This document shows, in pieces, positions 58,376 through 61,126 of a DNA stretch of 61,126 bases. The position numbers and the translations under genes are program-made. Under the pieces are notes generated by a model that saw nothing but the letters and a program-made list of their open reading frames with translations, was not told where the DNA came from and did no database searches. The stretch's first letter is position 1; each line of letters starts with the position of its first letter. The stretch is from a virus (lineage: Duplodnaviria; Caudoviricetes). Where the stretch lies: the IMG/VR virus record IMGVR_UViG_3300008954_003412, positions 1-61,126 of that record, one strand, 5' to 3'.

Positions 58376-61126
58376 TTGGCTGATTTTACAAAATACTTTG
58401 TCAATTCTAAGACAGGACAGGTTGAGTCTATAGGCGCGACCAAAATTACTGCACTTGATATTAGGGGTAACAAAGTAAGGCTTGGAACTAGCGAAATTGC
58501 AGATGATGCAAACTTTTTTGTATCCGGTGCAATACATTCTAAGAGAGATTCAAAATATGGTTTAGGTGCTTTTGGCGGAGATTTAGTCGTCTCTGGCGTT
58601 ATGATAGCCGAAACAGGAATGAGTGGATCTCTAACTAAGCTGACTGACGGATCATCATATCTAATCGCAGGAACAAATGTAACAATTGCGTCAGGAACAA
58701 ATGGATCAATTACAATTACTGCTCTTGCGGGTGGATCTATTTTTAAAGAAGCCATATCTGAAGAATCAGATGGATCAACTACAGACTACACGCTTCAAGT
58801 TACACCAGATGACGGAGATCAGGTTCAAGTATATGTAAATGGAATTTTAAGACTTTCTGGGTCTTCGAATGATTACACATATGACACTGGGAATAACCAG
58901 ATTGACTTTACGTCAGCACCCCCGTCTGGAAGCATTATCCAGGCAATTTATACAACTGGGTCCACGGGATCCGGTGGCTCAAGCCCGTGGACAAAATCAG
59001 GAACAAATGTTTATTTAACAACTGCAACTGATAAAGTCGGAATTGGAAACACATCACCGAATACGGCGCTTGAGGTGGGCACCGGCTATGGTGGATCAAA
59101 TACAGTAGAAGCTATTTCTATAGTCAATACTGGCGGAAATGATACTGCGCTTGATTTAATCGAAGAGCCTGGTGGATCATCTTCAGGCTTTGGAACATCT
59201 AACGCATATGGATTCCGATTAAAATATGATGGAGGAGCTAATAATCTTTATTTGCAATCCGGAGAGCAGACAACAGTTACGACCCGATTAGCAGTTGAAA
59301 GAGGAACAGGCAAAATTGGAATCGGAACCACGTCACCGGGCGCCAAAGTTGAAGTTGAAGTTGCAGATTCTGACAATGTAGGCGGAATTCTTGTCGATAG
59401 CAATGAGACAGGCACCTACTACGGTCTCGAGGTTGATGCAGAATCAACTTCGTATCCTGCCGCGTATATACATGGGTATGGAACACTTCTTAAGCAGGAT
59501 ATATCATCTGGGTATGGTCTGAAGGTTACTCGAGACATAGCCGAGGCAGGATCTAATCCGCTAACTGAAATTCATGATGATAATACTAGTAATACTCAGA
59601 CTGCACTAAAGGTTAGACAAGACGGCACAGGCGATATCGTCAACTTATTTGATGGCGCTACTGAAGTCTTTACTGTACAAGACGGCGGAAACACGGGAAT
59701 AGGCACAGCTTCTCCCAACGAAAAACTTACAGTCGAAGGCGTGATATCACTTGATGAAACTACTGCACCGTCACTTACTAGCGGTTACGGAAAAGTCTAC
59801 GTAAAAAGTTCTGATAGCAAACTTTACTTTATGGATGATTCCGGAACTGAGTTTGATTTAACAGCTGCTGCATCCGCCGGCGCACCAACAAATGCTGAGT
59901 ACGTCGTTCTTTCTGCCAACGGAACATTGACAGATGAGAGGATAATAACACAGGGTAATGGCATTTCAATTGAAGACGCCGGCGCCGGAAGCACGCTCAC
60001 TATATCATCAAGCATAAATTCAGATGACTTCGCTTTTTCTTCGGGTGACCTTCATCTTGCTGCGCAGGTTATAAAATCAGCTTCAGCTGACACAGGAACG
60101 GCTGATGGAGCAAGTCATACACTGACTTTTGCGGGCGGAGAAGGAATAGATACGTCTGCTGCAGGTTCAACTATAACAATTGCCGCCGAAGATGCAACAA
60201 CTTCTAATAAAGGAATTGCTTCATTTGCAACGTCAGACTTTACTGTATCTTCCGGTCACATTTCTTTAGACGATAACCTTATGAAGACAGCCGGCTCAGA
60301 TTCCGGAACGGCAACTGCTTCAACTCATAATATTGACTTCGTCGGCGCCGGCCCAATTTCAACATCTGCAACCGGAAATACTGTTACTATTACGTCTACA
60401 GCCGGCGCCGGAACAATGTCGTCATTTAGTCTTGCAGCAGATACTGGGACATCTGAGACAATTGAAGATGGCAATACTGTTACATTGACAGGTGGATCTG
60501 GAATTGATACAACTGTATCTGCTACTGACACCGTGACATTTGGAATTGATGACTCAATTGTTGCGACGATATCTGGTTCCACATTTACCGGAGCTGTAAA
60601 TTTTGATGCCGGATTATCAGGGTCATTAACACGCCTAACTGATGGAACATCATATCTTTCAGCGGGTAGCAATGTCACGATTACTTCCTCGTCAAACGGT
60701 CAGGTTGTCATATCAGCTCCAACAGCAGGATCAGGAGCCCCAACCGACGCGTCATACCTGGTTTTGGGAACCCATGCAACTCTAACTGACGAACGAGTTT
60801 TCACTGCAGGAACAGGCTTAGTATCAACAGACGCAGGAGCAGGGTCTACGTTAACCCTGAGTATACACGATAGCACGGTCGCAACAATATCCGGGTCAAC
60901 CTTCACAGGAGCAGTTAAATTCAATTCTGGTTTATCTGGATCACTCACACAGCTAACTGACGGATCATCGTATCTCGCAGCTGGTTCGGGCATCGCTATA
61001 ACCTCTGCATCAAATGGTCAGATTTTGATCACAAATGATGGGACAGTCGGAGATATCACGGGGATAACTGCAGGAACAGGCCTCACAGGCGGCGGAACGG
61101 CAGGGACAGTCACTCTCAATATTGAC
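58376..61126 (+). CDS. Tail fibre-like protein, 3'-truncated by the window edge (>=917 aa; absent from ORF track)
   Basis: TTG start after AAGGGAG; [10 protein letters not shown]...; [15 protein letters not shown] and IGIGTTSP fibre motifs; the same frame is still open at the last base (..GTVTLNID). Confidence 0.85.
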   Translation, partial: MADFTKYFVNSKTGQVESIGATKITALDIRGNKVRLGTSEIADDANFFVSGAIHSKRDSKYGLGAFGGDLVVSGVMIAETGMSGSLTKLTDGSSYLIAGTNVTIASGTNGSITITALAGGSIFKEAISEESDGSTTDYTLQVTPDDGDQVQVYVNGILRLSGSSNDYTYDTGNNQIDFTSAPPSGSIIQAIYTTGSTGSGGSSPWTKSGTNVYLTTATDKVGIGNTSPNTALEVGTGYGGSNTVEAISIVNTGGNDTALDLIEEPGGSSSGFGTSNAYGFRLKYDGGANNLYLQSGEQTTVTTRLAVERGTGKIGIGTTSPGAKVEVEVADSDNVGGILVDSNETGTYYGLEVDAESTSYPAAYIHGYGTLLKQDISSGYGLKVTRDIAEAGSNPLTEIHDDNTSNTQTALKVRQDGTGDIVNLFDGATEVFTVQDGGNTGIGTASPNEKLTVEGVISLDETTAPSLTSGYGKVYVKSSDSKLYFMDDSGTEFDLTAAASAGAPTNAEYVVLSANGTLTDERIITQGNGISIEDAGAGSTLTISSSINSDDFAFSSGDLHLAAQVIKSASADTGTADGASHTLTFAGGEGIDTSAAGSTITIAAEDATTSNKGIASFATSDFTVSSGHISLDDNLMKTAGSDSGTATASTHNIDFVGAGPISTSATGNTVTITSTAGAGTMSSFSLAADTGTSETIEDGNTVTLTGGSGIDTTVSATDTVTFGIDDSIVATISGSTFTGAVNFDAGLSGSLTRLTDGTSYLSAGSNVTITSSSNGQVVISAPTAGSGAPTDASYLVLGTHATLTDERVFTAGTGLVSTDAGAGSTLTLSIHDSTVATISGSTFTGAVKFNSGLSGSLTQLTDGSSYLAAGSGIAITSASNGQILITNDGTVGDITGITAGTGLTGGGTAGTVTLNID
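58616..61033 (+). repeat. Degenerate protein-level repeats in the tail fibre
   Basis: G(M/L)SGSLTxLTDGxSYLxAG at 58616, 60611, 60929; GAPTxAxYxVL...LTDER at 59879, 60734. Confidence 0.8.

Larger units (their letters stand above)
1..61126 (+). mobile_element. Segment of a jumbo/huge myovirus-type bacteriophage genome
   Basis: Baseplate gp25/gp6/gp5-like genes, tail fibre, phage-type sigma factor, PhoH, phage-type NTase, fractured intein gene. No cellular housekeeping operons; co-oriented, overlapping genes. Confidence 0.88.

Noticed and set aside
58246-60993. Minus-strand ORFs 58246..58755, 59824..60015, 60325..60678, 60700..60993
   Set aside because: Antisense shadows of the repetitive plus-strand tail-fibre gene; other short nested ORFs in the track were dismissed for the same reason.
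43610-61126. Bacterial eCIS/tailocin locus
   Set aside because: Very large T4-like wedge proteins, a phage-type sigma factor and absence of cellular housekeeping genes fit a jumbo phage better.
1-61126. Stop-codon reassignment as in some huge phages
   Set aside because: TAA, TAG and TGA all end full-length recognisable genes under code 11, and coding density is already high.

Overview
The window reads as part of a very large (jumbo/huge) tailed-phage genome with a myovirus-type baseplate: AT-rich, gene-dense, standard code 11, and every credible gene but one on the + strand. All calls come from motif recognition by eye; no database search was run. From left to right: (1) small hypothetical and membrane proteins. 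(2) A host-stress/proteostasis block: YeaH-SpoVR-PrkA/YeaG, a GroEL-fold protein lacking the ATP-binding motif, a pol-beta nucleotidyltransferase, an Hc1 histone-like protein, a complete tmRNA (tag ANDDFNQIAIAA), a stand-alone Cys-rich sigma region-4 protein and PIN-PhoH. (3) A ~30 kb glycan island with about 10 glycosyltransferase genes, Gmd, heptose kinase and nucleotidyltransferase, a DmhA-like dehydratase, a B12 radical SAM enzyme, a TPP E1-like pair, a ColD-like dehydratase and two NeuB-like synthases. Its UDP-glucose dehydrogenase gene is fractured at the catalytic Cys by a naturally split intein with a free-standing endonuclease between the halves. (4) A phage sigma factor and the baseplate/tail module (gp5-, gp25-, gp6-like, LamG proteins, and a tail fibre running off the right end that the ORF track misses). 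Also noted: RBS-sequestering hairpins with a putative late promoter in the loop, [S/T]GS-rich virion proteins that may be glycan acceptors, and an apparent excess of GGCGCC.
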